A stretch of 64,000 bases of DNA from an uncultured Mediterraneibacter sp. (lineage in GTDB: Bacteria > Bacillota > Clostridia > Lachnospirales > Lachnospiraceae), in the NCBI GenBank assembly GCA_944377745.1, contig CALWFV010000005.1, positions 9,876 through 73,875 of the forward strand, read 5' to 3'. Below are positions 54,837 to 64,000 of this stretch, one piece after another. The translations under genes were made by a program, and so were the position numbers. How positions within the stretch are numbered: the first letter of the stretch is position 1; each line of letters starts with the position of its first letter. The notes below the pieces were generated by a model. That model saw nothing but the letters and a program-made list of their open reading frames with translations. It ran no database searches and was not told the origin of the DNA.

Positions 54837-55634
54837 TCAAACCGTGACGATCTGCGAGACTGTGTCCCGCTTCGCCACGAACATGTCCAGATCGTCCCCT
54901 TTATAGTCATTATCCGCCAGAGTGACCTCCAGCTTCACCGTCTCGTAGGCTAGCCTTGCATAATTGTTGTCCTTGCTCAGATGCCCGAGGACGATGTGTT
55001 TCAAATTATCATGTAGTATATCACAAAGAAGCTGACCTGACAATTCATTTGACAGATGCCCTTTTTCTCCCAGGATACGCTGTTTCAGGTAATAGGGATA
55101 TCCGCCGACTTCCAGCATATGGATATCATGGTTCGCCTCCAGAAGGACTGCATCCAGGTTCTTTAAATGTTCCACTGTATACTCATCGTATTTTCCCAGA
55201 TCCGTTGCCACTGCCACCGATTTTCCATCGCACTCCAGCCGGTATCCGGACGGCTCGTTGGCATCGTGGGAGATCATAAAAGGATTCACCGTAATGTCCC
55301 CCAGAGTAAACGGCTCATCTGTATGTATGGGATGGAACAGTCCGTCCGGCATTTTCCCCAGCCCCGAATAGCTTAAGATCCCGTCGATGGTACCCGGCGT
55401 GGCATAAATGGGAACCTCGTATTTTCTGCTGAACACCCCAAGGCCCTGGATATGGTCGGAGTGTTCATGGGTGATCAGGATCCCGTCCACTTCATCGCCC
55501 TTGATCTCCAGCTCTTTCAAGCCCTCCTCGATCCTTTTTTTACTGATACCTGTATCCACCAGGAGATGCGTGTGGTCGCTCCCAACATAGATACAGTTGC
55601 CGCTGCTTCCGCTGGCAATGCTGCACAATCTCAT
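54837..55634 (-). CDS. MBL-fold metallo-hydrolase (YycJ/WalJ-like)
   Basis: ASGSSGNC and THEHSDH motifs. The start overlaps the coaE stop. Confidence 0.85.
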   Translation of the reverse strand: MRLCSIASGSSGNCIYVGSDHTHLLVDTGISKKRIEEGLKELEIKGDEVDGILITHEHSDHIQGLGVFSRKYEVPIYATPGTIDGILSYSGLGKMPDGLFHPIHTDEPFTLGDITVNPFMISHDANEPSGYRLECDGKSVAVATDLGKYDEYTVEHLKNLDAVLLEANHDIHMLEVGGYPYYLKQRILGEKGHLSNELSGQLLCDILHDNLKHIVLGHLSKDNNYARLAYETVKLEVTLADNDYKGDDLDMFVAKRDTVSQIVTV

Positions 55635-56227
55635 AATCTGTCTCCTATTTGTCTCATTGTATTTTCAAACGGTCCGCTGTTGTCAATGACCACGTTGCAC
55701 GCCCTGCGGAACGCTTCCTCCGAGGGCTGGGACACGATCATGGACCGGATTTTCTCATCTGTATAATGTCTGGACGCCTTCAGCCTTTCGCTGCGCACAT
55801 CCTCCCGGGCATAGATATACCAGAGTTCATCACACAGCTCCGCTCCTACATCGGGAAGAATCGCCGCCTCCACAACATACACCGGAACGCCTGCTGCCGC
55901 TTTTGCCTTAATATCTTCGCGCACCGCATCGAGTACCGCCGGATGGACGATCCGGTTCAGCATTTTCAGTTTCTCCGGATCCGAGAAAACACAGGCGCCG
56001 AGCCTTCCCCGGTCCAGTTCTCCGTCTGAACCTACCATCTCCCTGCCGAATGCATCTACGATCCGTGAAAAGCATTCCGTTCCGCTCCTCTGCAGTTCCC
56101 GCGCCGTCTCATCCATCTGGCAGACAGCGGCGCCGTACCTTTCCTTTAGAAATTTCAGTACTTCACTTTTCCCGGAGCCTACTCCTCCGGTGATCCCTAT
56201 CACTCTCATCTTCTCACTTCGCCTCAT
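55631..56227 (-). CDS. coaE: Dephospho-CoA kinase
   Basis: IGITGGVGSGKS P-loop. The ATG at 56227 has AGGAAAG 7 nt upstream but overlaps the polA end. The alternative ATG is 56209. Confidence 0.9.
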   Translation of the reverse strand: MRRSEKMRVIGITGGVGSGKSEVLKFLKERYGAAVCQMDETARELQRSGTECFSRIVDAFGREMVGSDGELDRGRLGACVFSDPEKLKMLNRIVHPAVLDAVREDIKAKAAAGVPVYVVEAAILPDVGAELCDELWYIYAREDVRSERLKASRHYTDEKIRSMIVSQPSEEAFRRACNVVIDNSGPFENTMRQIGDRL

Positions 56228-58877
56228 ACCAGTTCTTTCCTGTATGCATGTCCACGATCAGTGGAACAGACAGATGCGCTGCGTTCTCCATCTGATCTTT
56301 GAGAAGTTCTCTGACCTCCTCCACTTCTTCTTCCGGAGCCTCGATCAGCAGCTCGTCGTGTACCTGCAGGATCAGCCGGGACTTCAGACCTCTCTTCTTC
56401 AGTTCTCTGTCCACGCCGATCATGGCGATCTTGATGATATCCGCCGCGCTTCCCTGGATCGGCGCGTTCATGGCAACCCGCTCACCGAAATTCCGCTGCA
56501 TGAAATTGCCGGACTTCAGCTCAGGAACCGGTCTGCGCCTTCCATATAAAGTGACGGCGTACCCCTTCTCCTTTGCATGCGCCACGGAATCATCCAGGAA
56601 CTTCTTGATCCCCGGATAAGTCTCAAAATAATGCTCGATATACTCTGCCGCCTCCTTACGGGTAATACTCAGATCCTGGCTCAGTCCGAAAGAACTGATG
56701 CCGTAAACAATCCCGAAATTGACCGCCTTGGCGTTCCTCCGCTGCAGGTCCGTGACCTCGTCAAAGGGCGTATGGAATACCTGGGACGCTGTCATCCGGT
56801 GGATATCCCTCGCCTCCCGGTACGCCTGGATCAACTGTTCGTCCCCGGAACAGTGGGCAAGGATACGCAGTTCGATCTGAGAATAATCTGCATCCACGAA
56901 CACGCATCCTTCCGCCGGAACAAATACTTTCCGGATCAGTCTTCCCAGTTCCATCCGCACCGGGATATTCTGGAGGTTTGGCTCCGTGCTGCTGATACGT
57001 CCTGTGGCTGTGATCGTCTGATTGAATTTTCCGTGTATCCGGCCGTCGTCGCCGATGAACACGGCAAGTCCGTCCGCGTAAGTGGATTTCAGCTTTGCAA
57101 GCTGACGGTACTCCAGGATCTTCGCCACGATGGGGTGATCCGGCGCCAGCTTCTCCAGCACATCCGCCGCCGTGGAATATCCGGTCTTCGTCTTCTTGGC
57201 ATGGGGCATCTGAAGCTTCTCAAAGAGGATCACTCCAAGCTGCTTCGGAGAGTTGATGTTAAACTCCTCCCCCGCCAGTTCATAGATTTCCTTTTCCAGT
57301 TCCACGATCCGTCCGCCCAACTGATCCCCATATGCTTTCAGTGCATCTCCCTCTACCTTTACTCCGGCCTGTTCCATATGGTACAGAGTAAATACAAGAG
57401 GCATCTCGATCTCCCGGAACAGACGGTCCATCTCCGTCTCCTCCAGTTTCTTTTCCAGAACAGGCACAGCAGCAAAAGCGGTATATGCCTCATAGCATGC
57501 CTTCGCGCTCTCATCCAGTTTTTCATCGATCAGAAATCCCAGATATTCTCTCGCCACGTCCTCATAGTCGTAGTCGCTCTTCAGCGGGTTCAGCAGATAG
57601 GCCGCCACGATCACGTCGAAAGCGTTTTCCGGATCCGGACCCGCTCCCGTGACCCCGTTTTCCTTCTCTTCTTTCCCGTCTCCCTTTTTTATGAGACAGG
57701 GAAGATACTCCTTGAGTCCGCACATGGAAAATGTTTTCACCTTCGTCGCCAGAACAGAGAGTTTTCCGAACAGATAATCCATATCCGTATCCATGTCACA
57801 GGGAATGGTAAAGATCTTGTCCTGTCCGTACGCGATGGCGATCCGCCCGAATCCCGACGGATGTGCAAACAGCGGAAGGACATTTCCAGGATCCTTCGAC
57901 ACTGCTGCACCGACACACGGTGCCTTTTCCGCCTCGGCGAAGATCCTGTCGATCTGCTCCCGGTCCGTGACCTCCATAAAGTTCTTCTCGATATCATTGG
58001 CAGAGATCCCTGTGTCAAACCGGCTCAGCATATTTTTAAACTGAAGCCGTTTAAACATCTCATGGGCTTCCTCAGTATAAAGATCTCCCATTCGTGCTTC
58101 TTCTATATTAAATTCAATATCGGCATGGGTCTCGATGGTGGCAAGCGTCTTGCTCATCTTCGCCTGTTCCCAGTACTCCTTTAAATTTTTGCTTGCTCTC
58201 GGCGGTTTCAGTTCATCCGCATGCTCATATGCATTTTCAATGGTCTTGTAATCCTGGATGATCTTCGTCGCCGTCTTCTCCCCGATCCCGGGCACTCCGG
58301 GGATATTATCCGCCGTATCTCCCATAAGCGCCTTCACGTCGATAAATTCTTCTGGAGTCACTCCGTACTTTTCCCGGACCTCCCTGGCGTTGTAATCCTC
58401 CACCTCGGTCTTTCCCTGCTTTGTCTTTGGGATCCGGATCTTCACATGCTCTGTGGCAAGCTGGAGCGTATCTCTGTCTCCGGAGATGATGGACACGTCC
58501 ATCCCTTTCTCCTCGCACAGACAGGAGATCGTCCCCAGAAGATCGTCCGCCTCAAGACCTTCCTTCTCTATGATCTCAATGTTCATAGCTTTGAGTACGT
58601 CCTTGATGACCGGGACCTGCTGCCGGAGTTCCTCCGCCATGGGCTTTCTCGTCCCCTTGTAATCGGCAAACATTTTGTGCCGGAACGTAGGCGCATGAAC
58701 GTCGAAAGTCACGGTCAGATACTCCGGTTTCTCCTCGTCCAGGATCTTGAACATGATATTTAAAAATCCGTACACCGCGTTGGTGTGGAGCCCCTCTGAG
58801 TTTGTCAGGTCGGGCACTCCGTAAAACGCACGGTTTAAGATACTGTGTCCGTCAATCAGTACGATCTTTTCTCTCAT
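56214..58877 (-). CDS. polA: DNA polymerase I
   Basis: 5'-nuclease N-terminus KIVLIDGHSILNRAFYG, then the polymerase motifs DYSQIELR, RRNAKAVNFGIVYG and QVHDEL. AGGAGA lies 8 nt before the ATG at 58877. Confidence 0.96.
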   Translation of the reverse strand: MREKIVLIDGHSILNRAFYGVPDLTNSEGLHTNAVYGFLNIMFKILDEEKPEYLTVTFDVHAPTFRHKMFADYKGTRKPMAEELRQQVPVIKDVLKAMNIEIIEKEGLEADDLLGTISCLCEEKGMDVSIISGDRDTLQLATEHVKIRIPKTKQGKTEVEDYNAREVREKYGVTPEEFIDVKALMGDTADNIPGVPGIGEKTATKIIQDYKTIENAYEHADELKPPRASKNLKEYWEQAKMSKTLATIETHADIEFNIEEARMGDLYTEEAHEMFKRLQFKNMLSRFDTGISANDIEKNFMEVTDREQIDRIFAEAEKAPCVGAAVSKDPGNVLPLFAHPSGFGRIAIAYGQDKIFTIPCDMDTDMDYLFGKLSVLATKVKTFSMCGLKEYLPCLIKKGDGKEEKENGVTGAGPDPENAFDVIVAAYLLNPLKSDYDYEDVAREYLGFLIDEKLDESAKACYEAYTAFAAVPVLEKKLEETEMDRLFREIEMPLVFTLYHMEQAGVKVEGDALKAYGDQLGGRIVELEKEIYELAGEEFNINSPKQLGVILFEKLQMPHAKKTKTGYSTAADVLEKLAPDHPIVAKILEYRQLAKLKSTYADGLAVFIGDDGRIHGKFNQTITATGRISSTEPNLQNIPVRMELGRLIRKVFVPAEGCVFVDADYSQIELRILAHCSGDEQLIQAYREARDIHRMTASQVFHTPFDEVTDLQRRNAKAVNFGIVYGISSFGLSQDLSITRKEAAEYIEHYFETYPGIKKFLDDSVAHAKEKGYAVTLYGRRRPVPELKSGNFMQRNFGERVAMNAPIQGSAADIIKIAMIGVDRELKKRGLKSRLILQVHDELLIEAPEEEVEEVRELLKDQMENAAHLSVPLIVDMHTGKNWYEAK

Positions 58878-59106
58878 AATAATAATCTCCTTTTTCCGGT
58901 GCGGCATCCCCCGCGCCGCCATTACTAAAGTATACACTAAAAGTCCTGTTTTTGAAAGGCTGTTTTTCGACGCCTGTTTTCGTTTCGGAGCCCGGTTTTG
59001 TTTTTTATTGAGTCTGCCCATGGTTTTTGATATATTAGTATGCGTAGAGATTTATCTGAACATGAATTATCTTCAGAAATATATTTTCAAAAAGGAGACA
59101 CTGAAT

Positions 59107-59727
59107 ATGGATGGAATTATTTTTGATGTTGACGGGACCCTCTGGGATTCTACTGACTCGGTGACAGAGTCCTGGAACCTGGCGATCCGGGAAAATTCAG
59201 ACATGGATCTGACCATAACCGCTGATATCCTGAAAGGACTGTTTGGAAAGACAATGACCGAGATCGCCGACTCGCTCTTCCCCTCTCTTCCCGAAAAGGA
59301 GCGGCTGGAGTTTCTCGATATCTGCTACGATTATGAAAACCGCCACCTGGAGGTGCATCCCGGCGACCTGTATGAAGGCGTCGTGGAGACGATCCGGAAA
59401 CTGGCGGAAAAATACCCGCTCTTCATCGTGAGCAACTGCCAGCGGGGGTACATTGAAGTGATGATAAAAACATCCGGCATCGGTTCCTGTATCCGAGATC
59501 ATCTCTGTTTCGGCGAGACCGGTACCCCAAAGGGCGAGACCATCCGCACCCTGATGAAGCGGAACGGTCTGAAAGACGTGGTCTATGTGGGAGATACCCA
59601 GGGCGACGCGGACGCGTGCAGAGACGCAGGGGTGCCTTTTGTATTTGCGGAATACGGATTCGGGGATGTTCCGGATGCGGAAACGAAGATCAGCAGGATA
59701 TCCGACCTGTGCGGGATGTATCTGTAA
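59107..59727 (+). CDS. HAD-superfamily hydrolase (phosphoglycolate-phosphatase-like)
   Basis: MDGIIFDVDGTLWDS motif I, VSNC motif II and VGDTQGD motif IV. AGGAGA RBS. Confidence 0.85.
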   Translation: MDGIIFDVDGTLWDSTDSVTESWNLAIRENSDMDLTITADILKGLFGKTMTEIADSLFPSLPEKERLEFLDICYDYENRHLEVHPGDLYEGVVETIRKLAEKYPLFIVSNCQRGYIEVMIKTSGIGSCIRDHLCFGETGTPKGETIRTLMKRNGLKDVVYVGDTQGDADACRDAGVPFVFAEYGFGDVPDAETKISRISDLCGMYL

Positions 59728-59765
59728 TAAGATTTCCGCCTGGAAAAGTTTTTTCCAGAAGTTCA

Positions 59766-59796
59766 GGCAGAGGAATCCTCCTCTGCCTGCTTTTCA
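59766..59796 (+). terminator. Rho-independent terminator of the HAD gene
   Basis: GGCAGAGGA-ATCC-TCCTCTGCC followed by TGCTTTTC. Confidence 0.65.
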
Positions 59797-59847
59797 TCCG
59801 CATCCCCCTCTTAGTCCCTCTTATCAGAAACTCTCACATGGTTTTGA

Positions 59848-60081
59848 TCAACTGTCCCGCAGATATTCGAGAAGCTTCTGCCGGGCTTCTTCTTTTGTCG
59901 TCTTCTTTTCTCCCGTAAGGTATTCGCAGACATCCTGCCACTCCCTCTCAGGAAAATCATCCAAAGATATCTTCCTCTTCAGGATGTGACTGAGCTTTTC
60001 TTTCGAAACCTTTTCTCCATACCGCAGATCCGAAACATACATTATACCCAAGCTATACGCCAAATAATCAACTAAAGACAT
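59848..60081 (-). CDS. Small hypothetical protein (77 aa)
   Basis: AGAGGAGG lies 5 nt before the ATG at 60081. It is a charged, helical-looking sequence in which I recognise no family. It sits in an AT-richer patch. Confidence 0.55.
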   Translation of the reverse strand: MSLVDYLAYSLGIMYVSDLRYGEKVSKEKLSHILKRKISLDDFPEREWQDVCEYLTGEKKTTKEEARQKLLEYLRDS

Positions 60082-60255
60082 AGGGCCTCCTCTTTCGCAT
60101 TTTCCTCACTTATTTATCCGTAACATATTTTTTCACATTCTATATTATACATACCTGTATATGAAATTACAACTAAAAGCATAATAAAACAATACTTATA
60201 GCATCTTTCTATTCTTCTGCATTCATTGTAAATTTATAAAAATGGAGGACTATAA

Positions 60256-60600
60256 ATGAGATATGCAGACTTTGGAAGGAGGATCCGCGAGGAGAGAAAA
60301 AAACTGGGCCTGACACAGGAAAAGCTGGCAGAAGATGTTAATCTTTCAACTGCATATATCGGACAGATCGAACGAGGTGAAAGAAGTCCGACACTTGAGA
60401 ACATCGTAGCAATTTCCAATCGTCTCAGCGTTACAGTGGATTATCTTCTCAAAGATTCTGTAAACCCTGACGGAAATATTGCCTTGAAGCTCTGGCTCCA
60501 GTTAATGGATGGGCGTACAGATCAAGAAAAAAAGATGGCTGTTAACGTAATAAAAGTCCTCTTTAATTCTTTAGACGAAAATAATGGATCAAAAGAATAG
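60256..60600 (+). CDS. XRE-family helix-turn-helix transcriptional regulator
   Basis: FGRRIREERKKLGLTQEKLAEDVNLSTAYIGQIERGERSPTLENIVAISNRL is a canonical HTH_XRE sequence. GGAGG RBS. Confidence 0.85.
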   Translation: MRYADFGRRIREERKKLGLTQEKLAEDVNLSTAYIGQIERGERSPTLENIVAISNRLSVTVDYLLKDSVNPDGNIALKLWLQLMDGRTDQEKKMAVNVIKVLFNSLDENNGSKE

Positions 60601-60674
60601 TTTTACGTCTAATGCACAAGTATTCATGCTTACAGCTCTTAATTTTCAGGCAGAAACAGAGTTCGGCCTGATAC

Positions 60675-60717
60675 TAAAAAATCCTTTGGAATCTTTCTGA
60701 ATCCCAAAGGATTTTTT
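60675..60717. terminator. Bidirectional rho-independent terminator (XRE gene / tRNA-Leu)
   Basis: AAAAAATCCTTTGGAAT...ATCCCAAAGGATTTTTT, a long stem with A and T tracts on both sides, directly abutting the tRNA 3' end. Confidence 0.75.
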
Positions 60718-60718
60718 A

Positions 60719-60800
60719 TGCCGCTGGCCGGACTCGAACCGGCACGGGGTGAACCGCTTGATTTTGAGTCAAGTGCGTCTGCCAATTCCGCCACAGCGGC
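60719..60800 (-). tRNA. tRNA-Leu (anticodon CAA)
   Basis: I folded this by hand. Acceptor is GCCGCTG/CAGCGGC with discriminator A. Anticodon stem is CTTGA/TCAAG with loop CTCAAAA. It has a long variable arm and a T-arm GCCGG-TTCGAGT-CCGGC. No CCA is encoded. Confidence 0.93.
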
Positions 60801-60849
60801 TGAAAAATACTGAAGAGGAAGAATTCTCCTTCTCCTCAGAACGGATAAT

Positions 60850-60878
60850 ATATTACCATATTTTTCGATTATTTTCAA
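60850..60878 (-). promoter_or_regulatory. Candidate sigma-A promoter for tRNA-Leu
   Basis: On the minus strand, TTGAAA-17 nt-TAATAT, ~45 nt upstream of the mature tRNA 5' end. Confidence 0.45.
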
Positions 60879-60884
60879 CACTTT

Positions 60885-62159
60885 TTACTTATTAATCAGT
60901 TTCTTTCCAATTTCAAAACAGTCAAATGTGGCAAAGTAATCTGCCGGTGTCTCAGCCCGGCGGATCATCTGCACGCTTCCGTCTTCCTTCAGGAGCAGTT
61001 CTGCTGATTTGAGCTTTCCGTTATAATTGTATCCCATAGAGAATCCATGTGCTCCGGTGTCGTGGATAATCAGGTAATCTCCCATATCAATTTTCGGAAG
61101 CATCCGGTCGACGGCGAACTTATCATTGTTCTCACAGAGTGATCCTGTCACGTCATATTTGTGATCGCAGGGCGCATCTTCCTTTCCCGCAACCGTGATA
61201 TGGTGATATGCTCCGTACATTGCAGGACGCATCAGGTTGACCGCGCAGGCGTCCACACCAATGTACTCTTTGTAAGTGTGTTTCTCATGGATCGCTTTTG
61301 TGACAAGACAGCCGTAGGGTCCCATCATATAACGTCCAAGTTCTGTGTAGATTGCAACGTCGCCCATCCCGGCCGGAACAAGGACTTCCTCATAGACCTT
61401 GCGCACGCCTTCACCGATCGCGTAGATATCGTTTGGCTCCTGATCCGGTCTGTAGGGGATGCCGATCCCGCCGGAAAGATTGATAAATCCGATATGGACC
61501 CCTGTTTCTTCTGCCAGTCTCACCGCCTGCTCAAAGAGCACCTTTGCCAGCATCGGATAGTAGTCATTTGTCACTGTATTGCTGGCAAGGAATGCATGTA
61601 TACCAAATTCCTTCGCTCCTTTTTCTTTCAGGATCTTGAAAGCTTCCGTGATCTGTTCTGTGGTCATGCCATATTTTGCATCCCCCGGATTATCCATGAT
61701 ATCGTTGCTGATCTTGAACAGTCCGCCGGGATTGTAACGGCAGCTGATCGTCTCCGGAATATGGCCGATGGCCTTCTCCAGAAAATCGATGTGAGTGATA
61801 TCATCCAGATTAATGATCGCTCCCAGCTTGTCTGCCAGCACGAAATCCTGCTCCGGTGTATCGTTGGATGAGAACATGATGTCATGTCCTGTGATCCCCA
61901 CTGCATCAGAAAGCATCAGTTCCGTATAGGAGGAGCAGTCGCTTCCGCAGCCGTACTCCTTCAGGATCTCCATCAGGAACGGATTAGGCGTCGCTTTCAC
62001 CGCAAAATATTCTTTATAACCCGGGTTCCAGGAAAATGCTTCTTTCAGTGCTTTTGCATTCGCGCGGATGCCTTTTTCATCGTAGAGATGAAACGGGGTT
62101 GGATACTCTTTTACAATCCCTTCGATCTGCTCTTTTGTAACAAATGTTTTTTTCATCAT
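60885..62159 (-). CDS. Type III PLP-dependent (Orn/DAP/Arg) decarboxylase, diaminopimelate-decarboxylase-like
   Basis: YFAVKATPNP PLP-lysine motif, NLSGGIGIPY and HDTGAHGFSMGYNYN. The substrate cannot be decided from sequence alone. Confidence 0.8.
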   Translation of the reverse strand: MMKKTFVTKEQIEGIVKEYPTPFHLYDEKGIRANAKALKEAFSWNPGYKEYFAVKATPNPFLMEILKEYGCGSDCSSYTELMLSDAVGITGHDIMFSSNDTPEQDFVLADKLGAIINLDDITHIDFLEKAIGHIPETISCRYNPGGLFKISNDIMDNPGDAKYGMTTEQITEAFKILKEKGAKEFGIHAFLASNTVTNDYYPMLAKVLFEQAVRLAEETGVHIGFINLSGGIGIPYRPDQEPNDIYAIGEGVRKVYEEVLVPAGMGDVAIYTELGRYMMGPYGCLVTKAIHEKHTYKEYIGVDACAVNLMRPAMYGAYHHITVAGKEDAPCDHKYDVTGSLCENNDKFAVDRMLPKIDMGDYLIIHDTGAHGFSMGYNYNGKLKSAELLLKEDGSVQMIRRAETPADYFATFDCFEIGKKLINK

Positions 62160-62247
62160 CTTTCGCTTTATCTCCTTTAGTATTTAATCAGCTCGATCTG
62201 TCTTTCCTTCGAATCGGTGATAGAAACGACTGTGCCCGGAAATTATT

Positions 62248-63684
62248 TTATTCTACTGTTGCAATCCGCATCATATTGCTTGTCGTCGTGTGCTCCTGAG
62301 AAATATTCTGAGAGGGGATACCAGCTGTAAGGACGACCACATCTCCCGGCTCGATATACTGTTTTACCGTTGCCAGTTCGATAGCTCCATTGCACATATC
62401 GTCCGTTGTACTGTATCTCATGGTCTTCAGCGGTCTCACCCCCCAGTAGATGGACATTCTTCTCAGCGTCCTCTCATTCGGAGTTATGCCCAGAATATCC
62501 TGTTTCGGTCTCAGCTTGGAAACGACTCTTGTGGTGGCGCCGGAAACAGAAGGCGTGATGATACATTTTGCATCCAGGTTTGCCGCCGCAAGAACGGAAG
62601 AATATCCAATCGCGCTGGACAGCCCGCTCTTGATGTGTCCGCCGTTCTTTTCCAGCATGGCATCATAGTCGAGATGCTGCTCTGTGTTCTCAATGATATG
62701 GACCATCATCTGGAGAGCTTCGAGAGGATATTTTCCCTGTGCAGTCTCACCGGAGAGCATTACCGCATCAGTTCCGTCATACACCGCATTGGCAACGTCC
62801 GTCACTTCTGCTCTTGTGGGACGGGGATTGCGGATCATGGAATCCAGCATCTGCGTCGCAGTGATGACCGTCTTGAAGTTGGCGTTGCACTTCTGGATCA
62901 TCATTTTCTGAAGATAAGGCACTTCCTCCGCCGGGATCTCAACCCCCAGGTCTCCTCTCGCCACCATGATACCGTCCGCCGCACGAATGATCTCATCGAT
63001 ATTACGGATTCCCTCCGCATTCTCGATCTTCGCGATGATCGGGATATAGGGCGCGTTCAGCTCTTTCAGGTACGACTTGATCTCAAGGACACACTCCGCG
63101 TTTCTCACGAAGGACGCTGCGATAAAATCGATCCCCTGTTCCACACCGAACCTGATGTCATCCTTATCCTTCTCCGTGATCGCCGGAAGACGGACCGGAA
63201 CATTGGGCACATTAACTCCCTTTTTCTCTCCCAGTTCTCCTCCGTTTACAACCTCACAGACGATCTCTGTCTCTTTTTTCCCGACAACCTTCAGACCGAT
63301 CAGACCGTCGTCGATCAGGATCGTGGACTCTCTGTCCACATCCTGGACAAGTCCTTCGTAAGAGATAGATACCTTCTTCTCATCCCCTTCAATCTGCTCT
63401 GTAGTCAGGACAAAGGTTGCTCCTGTCTCCAGCATTACTTTTTTTCCGCCTTTAAGTACGCCTGTGCGGATCTCCGGTCCCTTTGTGTCCAGAAGGATCG
63501 CCGTGTTGGCGTGCTCTTCTTCTCTGAGCTGTTTGAGCAGATCCATCCTGCCCTTATGTTCCTCATGATCTCCGTGCGAAAAATTAAAGCGTGCCACATC
63601 CATCCCGTTCTGGATCAGCTTTCTCATAAGATCCCTGTTATTTGTATTTGGTCCCATTGTGCAGACTACTTTTGTTTTCTTCAT
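62248..63684 (-). CDS. pyk: Pyruvate kinase
   Basis: KKTKVVCTMGPNT, ARFNFSHG, MVARGDLGVEIP and LSGETAQGKYP. Confidence 0.96.
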   Translation of the reverse strand: MKKTKVVCTMGPNTNNRDLMRKLIQNGMDVARFNFSHGDHEEHKGRMDLLKQLREEEHANTAILLDTKGPEIRTGVLKGGKKVMLETGATFVLTTEQIEGDEKKVSISYEGLVQDVDRESTILIDDGLIGLKVVGKKETEIVCEVVNGGELGEKKGVNVPNVPVRLPAITEKDKDDIRFGVEQGIDFIAASFVRNAECVLEIKSYLKELNAPYIPIIAKIENAEGIRNIDEIIRAADGIMVARGDLGVEIPAEEVPYLQKMMIQKCNANFKTVITATQMLDSMIRNPRPTRAEVTDVANAVYDGTDAVMLSGETAQGKYPLEALQMMVHIIENTEQHLDYDAMLEKNGGHIKSGLSSAIGYSSVLAAANLDAKCIITPSVSGATTRVVSKLRPKQDILGITPNERTLRRMSIYWGVRPLKTMRYSTTDDMCNGAIELATVKQYIEPGDVVVLTAGIPSQNISQEHTTTSNMMRIATVE

Positions 63685-63724
63685 TCTGTTTGTCCTCTCC
63701 TTTTCAAGTCTTTTACAGTTCTGT

Positions 63725-64000
63725 TCACTTCACATGCTCATGCGTAAACAGATGATCCTGGCAGTACTCATAATTTCCTCTGCATTTTGAGCAAAAGCGG
63801 AACTCCAGGTCAGGATCGTCCAGTTCCGTGCGCCCGCAGACCGCGCAGCGGTGTCTTGCCCCGCCGGCATAAGTCATATGCGGTCTTGACTGCTTTCTAA
63901 ATTTTGCTTTCCGCGCCTGTTCTCTCGGCCCGAACCGGCGCATATTCCTGCCGGACAGGAAGAAAATAACGAAGTTGAGCAGCGACGCAGCAATAGCCAC
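63725..64000 (-). CDS. C-terminal part of a membrane protein ending in a CxxC...CxxC zinc-ribbon tail; N-terminus outside window
   Basis: The frame is open to the window edge. A hydrophobic segment AIAASLLNFVIFFLS is followed by a basic linker and CAVCGRTE...FCSKCRGNYEYCQDH. Confidence 0.5.
   Translation of the reverse strand: MAIAASLLNFVIFFLSGRNMRRFGPREQARKAKFRKQSRPHMTYAGGARHRCAVCGRTELDDPDLEFRFCSKCRGNYEYCQDHLFTHEHVK

Noticed and set aside
60131-60160. dif-like (XerCD) site in the AT-rich XRE control region (TTCACATTCTATATTATACATACC).
   Set aside because: It matches only about 7 of 11 positions of the XerD arm and poorly matches the XerC arm of the Firmicute dif consensus. It is most likely just promoter-region AT-rich DNA.
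59730-60885. Prophage or integrative element at tRNA-Leu.
   Set aside because: No integrase, recombinase or structural genes are present, and I found no att direct repeat. I kept it only as a low-confidence remnant hypothesis.

Overview
This 64-kb window is gene-dense chromosomal backbone from a spore-forming Firmicute of class Clostridia. Gene content and synteny look Lachnospiraceae-like, and GC is in the mid-50s % by eye. I support about 57 protein genes, most on the minus strand, almost all housekeeping: rqcH (3' part), pheA, pyrB-pyrI, rnhA, mtaD, punA, spoIVA, the DUF512-der-plsY-gpsA operon, prs, plsX-acpP-rnc-smc-ftsY-ilvA, yceD-rpmF, pta-ackA, mgtE, tmcAL, mgsA, topB, galM, ppk1, a YbiT-type ABC-F ATPase, degV, the ACT/UPF0210 pair, polA-coaE and pyk. 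There are two RNA genes: RNase P RNA (type A) and tRNA-Leu(CAA). I found no CRISPR array, transposase, integrase or recognisable complete defence or mobile system, and I cannot honestly point to a multi-gene novel system here. The most unusual signal is non-coding: a family of ~135-145 nt palindromic intergenic elements (three full copies and one half copy). Its core is conserved, while its apical and outer stems differ between copies but stay perfectly complementary, which is covariation. The half copy is broken exactly at the hairpin apex and joined to a markedly lower-GC hydrolase gene. Secondary points are listed below.
- A RelB/DinJ antitoxin is kept next to an internally deleted RelE/ParE toxin remnant.
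- A ~900-aa SF2 helicase carries a C-terminal extension with two hydrophobic segments.
- The divergent prs / DUF512 control region has duplicated extended -10 boxes flanking a string of short hairpins.
- A 43-nt tandem duplication lies in the pheA leader.
- A small AT-rich XRE/small-ORF patch abuts tRNA-Leu.
All calls come from reading the sequence and the ORF translations. No database search was run, and promoter, terminator and RNA boundaries are by-eye estimates.
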